Shown here: positions 12,901 to 23,173 of the stretch, piece by piece
How the letters are laid out: every line of letters begins with the position of its first letter
Numbering within the stretch: the first letter of the stretch is position 1
Source: Flaccisagitta enflata
Lineage: Eukaryota
Assembly (NCBI GenBank): GCA_965153355.1
Contig: OZ231126.1
Location: 18,166,001-18,230,000, forward strand
Direction: 5' to 3'
Length of the DNA stretch: 64,000 bases
Program-made: the position numbers and the translations under genes
The notes under the pieces: generated by a model
What the model was told of the DNA's origin: nothing
Database searches by the model: none
The model's input: the letters and a program-made list of their open reading frames with translations, nothing else

Positions 12901-15900
12901 AAGCCTCACTCTCACCCATTTGCCTATGTGTCAGGAAGACTGAAACCATTTTCTTTAATCTTGACCGAAGATCTTCATTCATAGAACTTTTGAGAGCTTC
13001 TTGTAAAACCTTCATTGTGCCTGAATCATCCTTACTGTAATAGTCACTGATGTAAGTAATAACTGCAAAATAATCTAGGCAAAGTTGAAAATCCATATTT
13101 CCATTCCATGCCCTTATCCATTCGGGGTTGTAAGTGTTCACCATTATTTCATCTACATCTCGCCTGTAATGGATAGAGTATCCTTTTTTGTTGACTGATA
13201 ATGCTGCTTCATACTCCTGAAGTCTGCTTTCTACACTTTTATCAACTTTTTCTGGGTTTACATGCTCAAGTAGTTTTTCTATCCTCTTTTTAATCAACTC
13301 TGTCAATCTTTCATTTTGGTAATCCAGTGATATTAGCTTTGCTTCAAGTGCCTTTAATGATGTACAACCGGCTTCATCCAGTATGTTTTGTACAAAGTAG
13401 AGCATATCCTCAGGTATTTTAACTTTTTCTTCCTTATTGTATTTCCCCTCATCAATCAATTCTTGGAATCTAAATTTCAGGTATCTTTCTGCAAATATAC
13501 TCTCAATATCATCATTGCAATATGAAGATATACCACGCATTGTGTCCTCATTCTCTAAGATTTCCATCACACCCTCAAGAAACAGAGTGTACCTACTCAT
13601 CATTTTTTTCCGTTGTGTCTCATCTGGAAATTGGATTCTTGATGGAGCACTTATGATGGTTTTATAAGTTGGAAATCTTGGGAATTTAAATCTACATGTT
13701 GTGCCATATTTTTTGCAAGCCCTTGCTGTGTGGTAGTGAACATTGACTTCTTTTACTATGTCATATGTCGATGGGTCTTTCAATGTAACAGAGATAAAAA
13801 GATCTGCAAATTTTACCAGAGACTGTTTGTGACTTATATCAAGCTTTTCTTCTGATTTTATGAAATTGAGTGCCTCAACTATTCTACAAACATCATCCCT
13901 GGGTAAGGCAGTGAACTTTTTCCAGTCCATCCATAATGTCCCATGTGCATGGGGAGCGCCCCTTAGTTGAAATTCTATCCGATAGTTGAAATACTCAAGT
14001 GTTAGAGGGGATCCGCTTGAAAGAACGATGTGCTTTAGAAACATTTTTAGCCTTTGCTGGAAGTTTAGGGTTGCATTTAATAGATTATTCTTGATGAATT
14101 CATGTTTACTGGGATACGCCTTTAGATAATCATCCAATTTTTCTCCATCTATGTAGAATTGTTCCCTGCCATTCAAGCATTCAAACTCAATTTTATGACC
14201 TTCCAGAAGAGATGTAAAGTTCTCTGGCCACCTTATGTCAGCACACGATAATGTAAAGAAAAAGGTGAAAGGACCAAGGTTCTCCAACTTAGCATACAAC
14301 TCTTGTCTTGCTTTTTTCCAGTAACGAGGGGTATTTTTGATTTGATCCAATACCATGTACGGATCATCAAGGGTGTAAATGCATGTGCCATCAGGCCTCA
14401 TTTTTTCAAGCCCTCTTTGAAATGAAAGGTTAATGTTCCTATGAATTTGCTTCTGTTCAGTGTGTGCTGCAGCCACAAAAGTGAAAGCAGGGCAATTCCC
14501 AAACCTATCATCAACATTGAGAATTCGTTGACACCAATATTCTTGTTCTCCCAACTTTACCTTTCTATCTTCGTCTTTCCCATTCCTGCCGTCAGGAAAG
14601 AGACAGGGAAATGATTTCACATCAATATTTTCTTCCTGCAGTATACTTTGTGGTATCTTGCCTTGACCAGGCGCAACTTGGGTGACATCATTAACATTCT
14701 CCTCTATGGCTATTTCAGGGTGATTTTCACCAAAGCAAGTTGAGCGATTGTAATTAAATTGGCTTTTTGCAATGACATCATTTTTCAAATACTCATTTTC
14801 TTCCTCTTCACAATCTTGAGTTTTGCTAGATTCATCAGGTTGTACAACATTTTGGGAGCTTGTATCCAATTCCATCTCATTCATTTCTTCTTCATTACAG
14901 CTTTGAGAATTGATCTCAAGATCTGATAGATTAATATCTTCCTCTGGAAACAGTATTCTGAATCCCTCTGGATCAGTTTTTTGGCATCTTTCTTTAAATT
15001 GTTTATCTTCAAGGATATTTTGGTAATAAGGGTTTTTTAGTTCTATAAAGGTACGTAAGGCTTGCATCACATTACTCATGTTTATCAGTTGTTGTCTATG
15101 CACCCCTGGAAAGTTCAGTCTGCGTTTCAGTTGTACAACAGTAAGGCTTGCATCTGTAGGAGTTCTAGGCAATTTTGTTATTGTTTCTGCCACATCTGCT
15201 GTAGAAACGGGAACACTCACTGTTTTGTCTTTCATAGCACTCATTCTAGTCTTTGGTAGTAGAACTATCTTTTGAAATATTAGGTTGAGGGCAATCAATT
15301 GCTGTTCAAGCTCACTCAGATTCAGCTCAGGATGATTCTTTCTATCAACGAGCTGCAAGTTGTTCTGATTTGACATGGGAGGCATGGCATTTCGCTCAAG
15401 ATAAGTTTTACATGTGTAGCAGACATGATTGCTAGATAATTGCTCTGGATCCATCCCTTTTAGGCAGGGAAGAAAGATATTTCGTAGTGGTATCGGCCCT
15501 ATGAACTTTGCAAAAGACTCTGGGTATTGCCTCTCATAACAGTCCTGCCATTCATCATCCAACTCTATGACTTGATTTTCATACAATTTTCGATGACAGC
15601 AGATACAAAAATATACGCGGCCTTTGCGAATGGATGCATAGAACCCTTTTTTTCGCTTGAATGCAGTATCTGAACTGTTCAATCTACTTTTTTGTTTGCT
15701 TATCTTTAGCTTTAGTCTATATTTTTCCACATCCTCTGCTATTTGTTTGGTTCTTTCATTTCGTTTTTCGTTTTTTCTCTTTTCGTCATAAGCCTCTTTG
15801 TCTTCATCCATTTCCCTTTGCCTTTCATTTCGTCTTTCATTTTTTCTCTTTTCATCATAAGCCTCTTTGTCTTCATCCATTTCCCTTTGCCTTTCATTTC

Positions 15901-17581
15901 GTCTTTCATTTTTTCTCTTTTCATCATAAGCCTCTTTGTCTTCATCCATTTCTCTTTGCCTTTCATTTCGTCTTTCATTTTTTCTCTTTTCATCATAAGC
16001 CTCTTTGTCTTCATCTATTTCTTTTTGCCTTTCATTTCGTTTTTCATTTTTTCTCTTTTCATCATAAGCCTCTTTGTCTTCATCCATTTCCCTTTGCCTT
16101 TCATTTTGTTTTTCATTTTTTCTCTTTTCATCATAAGCCTCTTTGTCTTCATCAATTTCTTTTTGCCTTTCATTTCGTCTTTCATTTTTTCTCTTTTCGT
16201 CATAAGCTATTTTGTTTTCATCCATTTCTTTTTGCCTTTCATTTCGTTTTTCTTGTTTCCTTTGCTCTTGATAACGACTTAAATCTTGTTCCATTTTACT
16301 ACTGCGACATTTTCGCTGTCTTAATTTTGATTTTTCCTTTTCTTCAAGATCATTTTCATGTTCCATTTTATTACTGCGACATTTTTGCTGTCTTAATTTT
16401 GATTTCTCTTTTTTTTCTAGTTCATTTTCATGTTCTATTTTTTCCATGTCATAGTGGTTCTGACAATTTTCGCTACGCTTTAGATGAGAAAACAATAAAG
16501 TGAATGATTTATTGCATCCCTTGCATAGAATCTTTTGCTTGCACTTTTCATCATTCTCCGTATCTAGAGATGACAATGACTCATTACTAGAATATGGCCG
16601 TTTGTTGTTTGATGTAGTTGGAAAATTTTTAGGGGCGTTTTGATTTGAGGGTTTTGCAAATGTCCGACTTTCTGTAGTGAATGCCTGTAGTTGTTGTGTG
16701 CATTTCTTTAATAAAATACCATAGCTTTGTTCAGAGCTGCTATCATAAGGTGTTTTTTCCCTAGGAATTTTGTCATCTTCACAAAGATACCATTTGCCTC
16801 CACTTTTTAAGTAAGCCCTGTTGTGACCCGCTTCTGCAGTGCCCATATGGGTTATTTGTCCAATAACCTCATATCTAATCTTATCAACTAGCACTTCAGA
16901 AGGAACCGTAACTGATGTCACATTCTTTACTGTTCTTGCATCAATGCAATTCATTCGTAATAGCTGGATGATTAGATACTCTGGGAAATCAATGAGACAA
17001 AATTTTTCCATATATTGCAGTGTAGGCGATTCGGAGGAGCTGTCAATGCAAAAGCTGCATCTTCTTCCATCCATTTGAATACTGGCCAAAAAGTGTTTTT
17101 TAACTAGATTGTCAAGATTAACAGGCATTTGTGATTTTGGTAATGATATCTTAAGAATCTTATCTGAACTTTCAACTGCTTGGGGAAATTGCTTACAGGT
17201 TGGACATGGGGATGATTTACCATTTATGAAAAATCTGTATTGTAGTGATGTTTTGAAGCTGAAAAAAGTGTTTGGACAATTATCCAGCAAAAAATTGAGG
17301 AATTCCATAGTGTCATGTTGCTCCCCTGAATTCAATGGTTTGTTTGTCACGGCTTCTAAATGATATCTTAAAGTTGAGGCACTAACCACCGATAAGGTTC
17401 CACATTTGGACAAAATTATATGAAGTGAATCCAACAAAGGACTGACTGACCTCCAATTGATCAGCTCAGATACAAATTCCGGAACATGTCGTAACAGTTG
17501 AAGATTACTGTTCAAGCTGCACATATTTCTATCACCGCCACCATTTTTTAATAGAAGTGGAGGAAACATACAAGCCATCAT
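9911..17581 (-). CDS. Helentron polyprotein (~2556 aa): USP/C19 peptidase, Zn finger, charged repeats, Rep (HUH), PIF1 helicase, AP-type endonuclease
   Basis: Rep motifs FFFTLSCAD, EFQLRGAPHAHG, YISDYYSK; helicase motifs GGAGAGKS, IDEFSM, GDILQLKPV, QFPLKVAFACTAHKMQG, YVMMSRV; endonuclease motifs LNIRSL, QETW, GDFN, LDHVY, SDH; first ATG after the (CT)n tract is at 17581. Confidence 0.93.
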   Translation of the reverse strand: MMACMFPPLLLKNGGGDRNMCSLNSNLQLLRHVPEFVSELINWRSVSPLLDSLHIILSKCGTLSVVSASTLRYHLEAVTNKPLNSGEQHDTMEFLNFLLDNCPNTFFSFKTSLQYRFFINGKSSPCPTCKQFPQAVESSDKILKISLPKSQMPVNLDNLVKKHFLASIQMDGRRCSFCIDSSSESPTLQYMEKFCLIDFPEYLIIQLLRMNCIDARTVKNVTSVTVPSEVLVDKIRYEVIGQITHMGTAEAGHNRAYLKSGGKWYLCEDDKIPREKTPYDSSSEQSYGILLKKCTQQLQAFTTESRTFAKPSNQNAPKNFPTTSNNKRPYSSNESLSSLDTENDEKCKQKILCKGCNKSFTLLFSHLKRSENCQNHYDMEKIEHENELEKKEKSKLRQQKCRSNKMEHENDLEEKEKSKLRQRKCRSSKMEQDLSRYQEQRKQEKRNERQKEMDENKIAYDEKRKNERRNERQKEIDEDKEAYDEKRKNEKQNERQREMDEDKEAYDEKRKNEKRNERQKEIDEDKEAYDEKRKNERRNERQREMDEDKEAYDEKRKNERRNERQREMDEDKEAYDEKRKNERRNERQREMDEDKEAYDEKRKNEKRNERTKQIAEDVEKYRLKLKISKQKSRLNSSDTAFKRKKGFYASIRKGRVYFCICCHRKLYENQVIELDDEWQDCYERQYPESFAKFIGPIPLRNIFLPCLKGMDPEQLSSNHVCYTCKTYLERNAMPPMSNQNNLQLVDRKNHPELNLSELEQQLIALNLIFQKIVLLPKTRMSAMKDKTVSVPVSTADVAETITKLPRTPTDASLTVVQLKRRLNFPGVHRQQLINMSNVMQALRTFIELKNPYYQNILEDKQFKERCQKTDPEGFRILFPEEDINLSDLEINSQSCNEEEMNEMELDTSSQNVVQPDESSKTQDCEEEENEYLKNDVIAKSQFNYNRSTCFGENHPEIAIEENVNDVTQVAPGQGKIPQSILQEENIDVKSFPCLFPDGRNGKDEDRKVKLGEQEYWCQRILNVDDRFGNCPAFTFVAAAHTEQKQIHRNINLSFQRGLEKMRPDGTCIYTLDDPYMVLDQIKNTPRYWKKARQELYAKLENLGPFTFFFTLSCADIRWPENFTSLLEGHKIEFECLNGREQFYIDGEKLDDYLKAYPSKHEFIKNNLLNATLNFQQRLKMFLKHIVLSSGSPLTLEYFNYRIEFQLRGAPHAHGTLWMDWKKFTALPRDDVCRIVEALNFIKSEEKLDISHKQSLVKFADLFISVTLKDPSTYDIVKEVNVHYHTARACKKYGTTCRFKFPRFPTYKTIISAPSRIQFPDETQRKKMMSRYTLFLEGVMEILENEDTMRGISSYCNDDIESIFAERYLKFRFQELIDEGKYNKEEKVKIPEDMLYFVQNILDEAGCTSLKALEAKLISLDYQNERLTELIKKRIEKLLEHVNPEKVDKSVESRLQEYEAALSVNKKGYSIHYRRDVDEIMVNTYNPEWIRAWNGNMDFQLCLDYFAVITYISDYYSKDDSGTMKVLQEALKSSMNEDLRSRLKKMVSVFLTHRQMGESEAYFRIIPSMHMKDSNIGCVFAQTGFNPSRYLEKIEENEVASCEKVVEVEGRQGKYQEKPSIYEKYLRRNCKLQPHLKNLCYAQFVKRYQASSKLPEDFDYAPVQVKKIYDVNGKAIYENHIVTYNYDESDDAIELPLFIVINNLKPGELPYMKRRKSQVLRYHKFNKEKQPHEYYYSELQLYHPHSNGKVGNLEREKENFELCQQTYMKSNLWQVKEKIMEFLESVEEGLEAAKAMQDEIGDLLDPQNEQDRDECEVEGVEDHPDFIHADPSNLEKDSENTTGLFKTVTLESDEKLMELTLKLDPDQRLVLNVALNYARQLQIARKTPMKINPPLYIIQGGAGAGKSMLINAIGQWFERSLRQSGDDPDKPYILITAFTGCAAANVDGMTLHSAFNFNFGNEFLSLGDKTRDEKREHLKNLKLVVIDEFSMLKADMFYQLDLRLRELKQNVDEVFGGCAMLLFGDILQLKPVMGRYIFEKPLCADYHLPYMIDSLWQKFQVLFLSYNHRQGEDGEYAEILNRIRTGQQTEDDCKTLEQRVKARGDSNLPKEALYIICTNAGVNRINDYRIEDLDGQLYTFDAYVTRSGKPVKKPRLKSDMSIYNTPLQFVLNLKVGAQVILTYNVDVLDSLANGAIGKVLGFETAGGKVKTILVHFKNEKVGKEMRKKNSQQLQRRFPDTPVTPIAKIEFSFNQSKNPSSQNDFMRATQFPLKVAFACTAHKMQGSTVLKPDPLVIDLQSVREAAQAYVMMSRVQALNQLYILDKFPNDKIYPSALAMEELNRLKGIKKNEVQMKRQKNTLVVTLNIRSLQHNHMHLLKDAQFQADVIALQETWCSKEHENLQLSLPGYQMHLVSEGRGKGIATYFKSMFKITGAINRNLYQLSKVSCQEYDVINIYCSRGANKTEFLNDLGSLARGARPCFILGDFNINYFNDPKDMIIRKITSCGFDQLVEVPTHKEGGLLDHVYTKKLPWKVEIDVNYPYYSDHAAISIVKWSN
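15740..16250. repeat. 69-bp coding tandem repeat (KRKNERRNERQREMDEDKEAYDE)n in the Helentron ORF
   Basis: About 7 copies visible in both DNA and protein. Confidence 0.9.
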
Positions 17582-17591
17582 GAATTTGCAT

Positions 17592-17650
<59 letters not shown>

Positions 17651-18162
17651 TTTCAATCGAGGAATAAGAAAAAAAGGCCTCAGATCAGAGTATCAACAAC
17701 CTAGCTTTTGGTACCAAGTGATTTCAAGTCGATAGGAGCTGATCAGAAGATAGAACAAAGTATTAATGAGAGGTAAAAAAAACAAAAAATAACAATGAAA
17801 ATTATTTACAGAAAATCCCTTCTTAAGCTCTAGGGTAGCAACTGGACAGCCTAGGTTTTGGTACATGGAGTACAGTGTATAGGCGATATTAAGTCGCGTT
17901 GCTGATATGAGCATAAAAGAATAAGGGGATATGGGGATTGGGAAAAAGAAAACTCTTGAGAATATCCAAGAAAATATTTCGAAATTTTCAAATATTGCCA
18001 GGATTCCGTAAGCAAGAGTGAAGAGCTCAGTGAGAAACGTCTTTTTATACAGAATTGATATGTCCGATGGAATTTGCAGATTTAAGTGTACTCAATTGGA
18101 GGAGGAAGAGGAGGAGTATTTTTTCGCTAACCATCCGGATCTGGTTTCAGCTGGTTTCGGCT

Positions 18163-18227
<65 letters not shown>

Positions 18228-18913
18228 TTTTGCTAGCTTGCGCTCCTAGTCCTAATCGTTTTTTTTTTTGAGCGACCTTCAATGTTATATATTTTGATAA
18301 GTATCTATGATACTAACATGATTATGACAATGAGAATAACGACGATGATCGTGAAAATGTTACGATGGGGAACTACACAATGATAAAAATGATAAAATGA
18401 TAAAAATGAGAATAGCAACAACAGAGACGACGTCGAAGAGGAAGACGACGACAATGATTATGATGATGACGAGTAACATGATCTATGAAAAAGATGAGTT
18501 TCGAAGTGACCTAACCGTAGAAAAATATGATGAATGAATGAACGAATGAATGAATGAATGAATGAATGAATGAATGAATGAATGAATGAATGAATGAATG
18601 AATGAATGAATGAATGAATGAATGAATGATAGTCATGTGAAAATGGCTCTAGCGTTTTTACCGAATCATTTTCGATCATTTTCGCCTTTTTCAGAGATTT
18701 TCAACTCGAGCGTGACGTGACCGACCAACCGACCGACCAACCAACCAACCGACAGACAGAGCTAGTTATAGAGGTGCTATGGCGCACCTAAAAAGCTCAA
18801 ATAACTTTTTTCTTCTCTTTACTTTATGCAACTACAACTTTTAAATTCTTAACCACATCCTTGTGCCATTTCTTAATCAGTTAATGAATGGATTTTGCTT
18901 TGTCCTTTGTAAG

Positions 18914-19039
18914 GATTCGTCATCGGAAACGTTGGTCCCAAGTTCTGTATATGTACTACATTCTATCCTTCAAACTTTCGGAAACGATCAAGAAAACCTC
19001 CCGTTGCTCATATTTGCCGGGGGCAACGCCTTGGCTCAG
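18914..19039 (+). CDS. CHS: Chitin synthase exon 3
   Basis: IRHRKRWSQVLYMYYILSFKL, the conserved KRWSQ.MY motif; AAG acceptor and GTGAG donor. Confidence 0.92.
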
Positions 19040-19621
19040 GTGAGCTTGTTTACGTCATTCTTTATGAAGACTGAAATTTGAAGAAAAGCGCTCGTAATTT
19101 TTTTTTGGAAGTCCAACATCCATCATCCAATATCCCGATTTTTTTTCTCTTTTTAATCTTTTTAGGGCAGCGGTCCTGAAGGGGTCGATGACCCATGCTT
19201 TCACACAATTTTCTGCTCCTTCTCCTCCTCCTTCTTCTCCGTACCCCCCCCCCCCATATCCTAGTTTCGAGCCCCAAATCCCAGTCTCCAGGCCCAAATC
19301 TCAGTCTCCAGGCCCCAACCCCAGCCTCGAGGCCCAAATTCTAGCCAAAATCAAAGCCTAGAGGCCCAGATATCAGCCTTGAGGCCCCAATCTCAGCCTC
19401 AAGGTCCAAATCTCAGCCAAGAGGCCCAGATCCCAGGACTGTGTCCTATGTTTTTTAGTATGAATATAGTTAACTTTCCACCAATTAATTGACTTTCTGC
19501 ACAGCCAAGCAAATTATTTTTGACAAAGATTAAAATCAATTTCATGAATATTTCAGCAAACGTCTTTTTCGTTGCATAGGACGAGATCTAAGTGTGCCTC
19601 ATGTTCAACGCAAGCTGATTG

Positions 19622-19701
<80 letters not shown>

Positions 19702-20444
19702 GCACGCACGCACGCACGCACACACACTCGATAGATACAAATTTGAAATTTCCGTCATTCATCGCATCTTGAAAATCAAAGCCATGGGAATTCCTTCTAG
19801 TTCTACGATGATTTCCCTTGATTTAGAACAGACATGAAATCTTCTAACTGTCACATCGGAAACACATCACAATTTTTATCAGAGGAGGTTGCATTGTCTA
19901 ACTCGGGAAAGGAAGAAAGATAGAAACAGGAACAGACGGAGAGACATCACTTTGAGCAACAAGCAAATAACAACAAGCAACACTGAAATCACATAACACC
20001 ATACACTGAATACACAAAGCTAAAAAGGTCTTACACTGAAAAATATTCATTACAGACTCTCTCTCCGTATTGTAAATCTAGAGAAATTGACATTCCTGGA
20101 ATACATTTTCGTGTAAACATTTTTCAGTACTGTATATTGTTTAAAATACAACCTTGTATGATAACTGTGTCATGATATGCCTGAGTAACGATCAAATGGG
20201 ACACACCATATGACTCACGTGTGTCGCCTACTGGACAGCAACACATTTACATTAGCCTAAGATCGCGCAGAGAGGAACGCAGCATCTGTAAAAAATTCAT
20301 TTGATTAAAACATTCATTTATTGATGAAATAGCATTCACTGATTAAAGAATAACATTCATTCATAAAAAACATTCATTCGAAGCGGACGCATCATTGGCC
20401 ATCTCGGCCTTGTTTTTTCATATATTAACATTTTCTTTCGGCAG

Positions 20445-20614
20445 CGAGGAAGATCGCGACCGGTATCGAATGCGCGCGGCAGACAACACCTTCATTCTGA
20501 CACTGGATGGCGACGTTGACTTTCAGCCGGAAGCTGTGACGCAGCTCCTGGAAACTATGCGCAAGGATTGGCGCACTGGCGCAGTTTGTGGCGTAATAAA
20601 ACCGCTGGGCAAGG
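20445..20614 (+). CDS. CHS: Chitin synthase exon 4
   Basis: NTFILTLDGDVDFQPEAV...GAVCG, the DxD motif region of the GT2 domain. Confidence 0.93.
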
Positions 20615-20619
20615 GTGAG

Positions 20620-20693
<74 letters not shown>

Positions 20694-20969
20694 CGAGAGC
20701 GAGAGCGAGAGCGAGAGCGAGAGCGAGAGCGAGAGCGAGAGCGAGTCACAGAGCGACAATAGAACAGAGGTGTAGAGAAGACTACGGACAAATACACAGA
20801 GGGACACTTAGAGAGATTAGATAGTTTAAGAAGGGATTGTTTGACTGCACCTTCGACAGGCCTTCACTATATACCCATTACTATCAAAAAAATCATTCCT
20901 AAAACAACTGAGTGAGGCAAATTAGGGAAAGCAATATCGGCCCTCATTCAGTCATTGTGCATTTTTAAG

Positions 20970-21117
20970 GTCCGTTGTGGTGGTATCAACTGTACGAGTA
21001 CGCATTGGGTCATTGGCTCCAAAAGAGCGCGGAACACGTGTTAGGCAGCGTGTTGTGTGCCCCCGGATGCTTCTCTCTCTTCCGAGGCTCTGCACTCTCC
21101 GATGAAAACGTGATTCG
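20970..21117 (+). CDS. CHS: Chitin synthase exon 5
   Basis: GPLWWYQLYEYALGHWLQKSAEHVLGSVLCAPGCFSLFRGSAL, with QxxEY and LCxPGCFSLFR motifs. Confidence 0.95.
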
Positions 21118-21749
21118 GTAAAGGAGATTGAAGACTTTGTTGAAGGCTTTTGCGACGTATTGGTGTCGCGATTCTAAGCTCTGTCGATCCATCCGCCCAT
21201 CCATCCGTCTGTCCGTCCATCCAACCGTTTGTCCGTATCGTACGAGACGATCAGTACGAAAGCTGCATTCGAGGCACTGCAGTTGTAATGTGTTTGTGTA
21301 TGAATGTGTGTCACTGCAGCCCTCTTAAAAATGTTTTCCTTCCGAGTAGCATGATTTTACCCTTCAAGTCTTCTGACATGAACAAGGCCGTATACAGGGC
21401 AGCATTAGTCGCGGACGGGTGGGCAGGAGCGGAAAACCTCAAAAAGTGACTTTGTAACAGACTGACGGCAGGACCGACGGACCAAAAAGCGGCTTATAGT
21501 CGCGAGTCCGCGACTAAAAATCCAACTCCACCAGGGAAAATACAAAAACAGAAACCCCAATCTTTTGCTTTTATTGACTGACAAAAACATAGAAGAAAAC
21601 TATCCTTATTTAGCTGACTGCCTGAAAAAAAATGTGTTCCTGACTGAAAATTCTAGTCTTCCTCCTCAGGCTTCTCTAGATCTCTGCCCCTTCCAAAACC
21701 TTCCCACTCACCCTCTTCCATTCCAAATTTCTCTCTCTCTTTGGCTCTG

Positions 21750-21842
<93 letters not shown>

Positions 21843-22267
21843 TCCTTCTAATTCTTTTTTTTCCTCTTTTTCTTTTTCTTTTTCTTCTTTTTTTCTTTTT
21901 CTCCTTTTTCTTCTTCCTCTTCTTCCTCTTCTGCCAAAATCTTCCGACACATCCCCTTCTCTTCCGAGTAGCGGCGCTACCCGCTACTCCACTTTTAAGA
22001 GGGCTGTGTGTCAGTATGTGTTTGTCTAGAAGCGGGGAGGGGTTGTACGCTCATGTGGCCATGCCCACCGATCCGCGATGATATTTTAGCGGACGTTGTT
22101 GTTAGGTTTTGACATTTACTTCAAAATCTACTGCGTGCTTTCGCTAGTGGCTGAAATGGACCCATAGTTTCCCGTGAACGTTCGCGAGTATAAGATGAAA
22201 CCATCTGGCTGTCCAATTGACAAAAGTAGCGTGAAAAAGTATCTGACAAACACGTTTTTGTGCAAAG

Positions 22268-22358
22268 GTGTTACACGCGTAACTCGGAAAAAGCGTCGCA
22301 GCGAATTCAGTTTGATCAAGGAGAAGACCGATGGCTTTCAACGCTTCTCATCCAGCAG
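22268..22358 (+). CDS. CHS: Chitin synthase exon 6 (catalytic EDR)
   Basis: CYTRNSEKASQRIQFDQGEDRWLSTLLIQQ. Confidence 0.95.
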
Positions 22359-22399
22359 GTGTGATAATTGATCGAATGGTCAAAGAAGACTGAAGAAAA

Positions 22400-22474
<75 letters not shown>

Positions 22475-22499
22475 ATACTTGTACCTGCACAAGAACAAA

Positions 22500-23160
22500 C
22501 TGTCTAGGTAACAAAAGACTAATAGCCGAGGATCGACCTAAGGTCATTTCAGAATTTCATTGTTTTTTGCTTCTTTTGGCAATAATAAGGTTTTGATTCA
22601 AATAATCCACTTCAAATGTAATCCAACAAAAAGCCAAATGTGAACAAACAATTTGGGCCGTTGTTGCAACACAAGTCCATACAAAAGGCTTGCACCCATG
22701 TACCCATTTAGGTTCTCAAGCCATATTGGCAAGTCCAATGATAACGCCAAAATAGCACATTTAAACATGTATCCTTTTCTTGATAAGACCGATCTTACAA
22801 TTTTTGCACATCCCAATAAGGTTATTTTTAGGCACATCTCCATGGATAGTTAGGAAGGTACTATTTTAAGATATTTGAGAAATTTTTCAAAGATCACTCC
22901 AAAGCCATCAATCACCGGAATAACAATACATTCACAATTCTACATTTTGCCTAATTCTACTCTCAGTCCACTGTATTTAGTAATCTCTTCATTTTCCTTA
23001 AACTGTACGTATGCATCACTTGGGCAGCTTATTTCTATAATGAATATTTTTCGTGTTGCTTTTTCTCATAGGATAATGTCTGGCTTGTTTGCGCCAATTT
23101 GTCTGTCATGTCCCAAAGTAGTTCGATGTTTTGGTTTATTATAATCTCGGTTGGGCGATG
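22500..23160 (-). mobile_element. Degenerate 3' fragment of an RLE-type non-LTR retrotransposon (R4/Dong-like)
   Basis: Minus-strand translation with stops and a frameshift: NIELLWDM..NKPDIIL*EKATRKIFIIEISCPSD..KENEEITKYSGLRVELGKM*..IPVI..LKITLLGCAKIVRSVL. Confidence 0.7.
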
Positions 23161-23173
23161 CAGGTGCCATTTA

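Larger units (their letters stand above)
9335..18789 (-). mobile_element. Autonomous Helentron (endonuclease-bearing Helitron), apparently full length
   Basis: 5' end TTTT|AGGTGCGCCATAGCACCT followed by GTCY-like repeats; matching subterminal IR GGCGCACC at 9362-9369; 3' hairpin GGCCCGTGTATCCGGCC then TTGTT; intact RepHel-EN ORF. Confidence 0.9.

Noticed and set aside
15661-16503. Hydrophobic plus-strand ORFs
   Set aside because: Antisense to the charged repeat of the Helentron ORF
17582-17656. N-terminal MKYLSLSLS extension of the 2581-aa ORF
   Set aside because: Starts at a non-ATG codon and runs through a (CT)n microsatellite; the ATG at 17581 is more plausible
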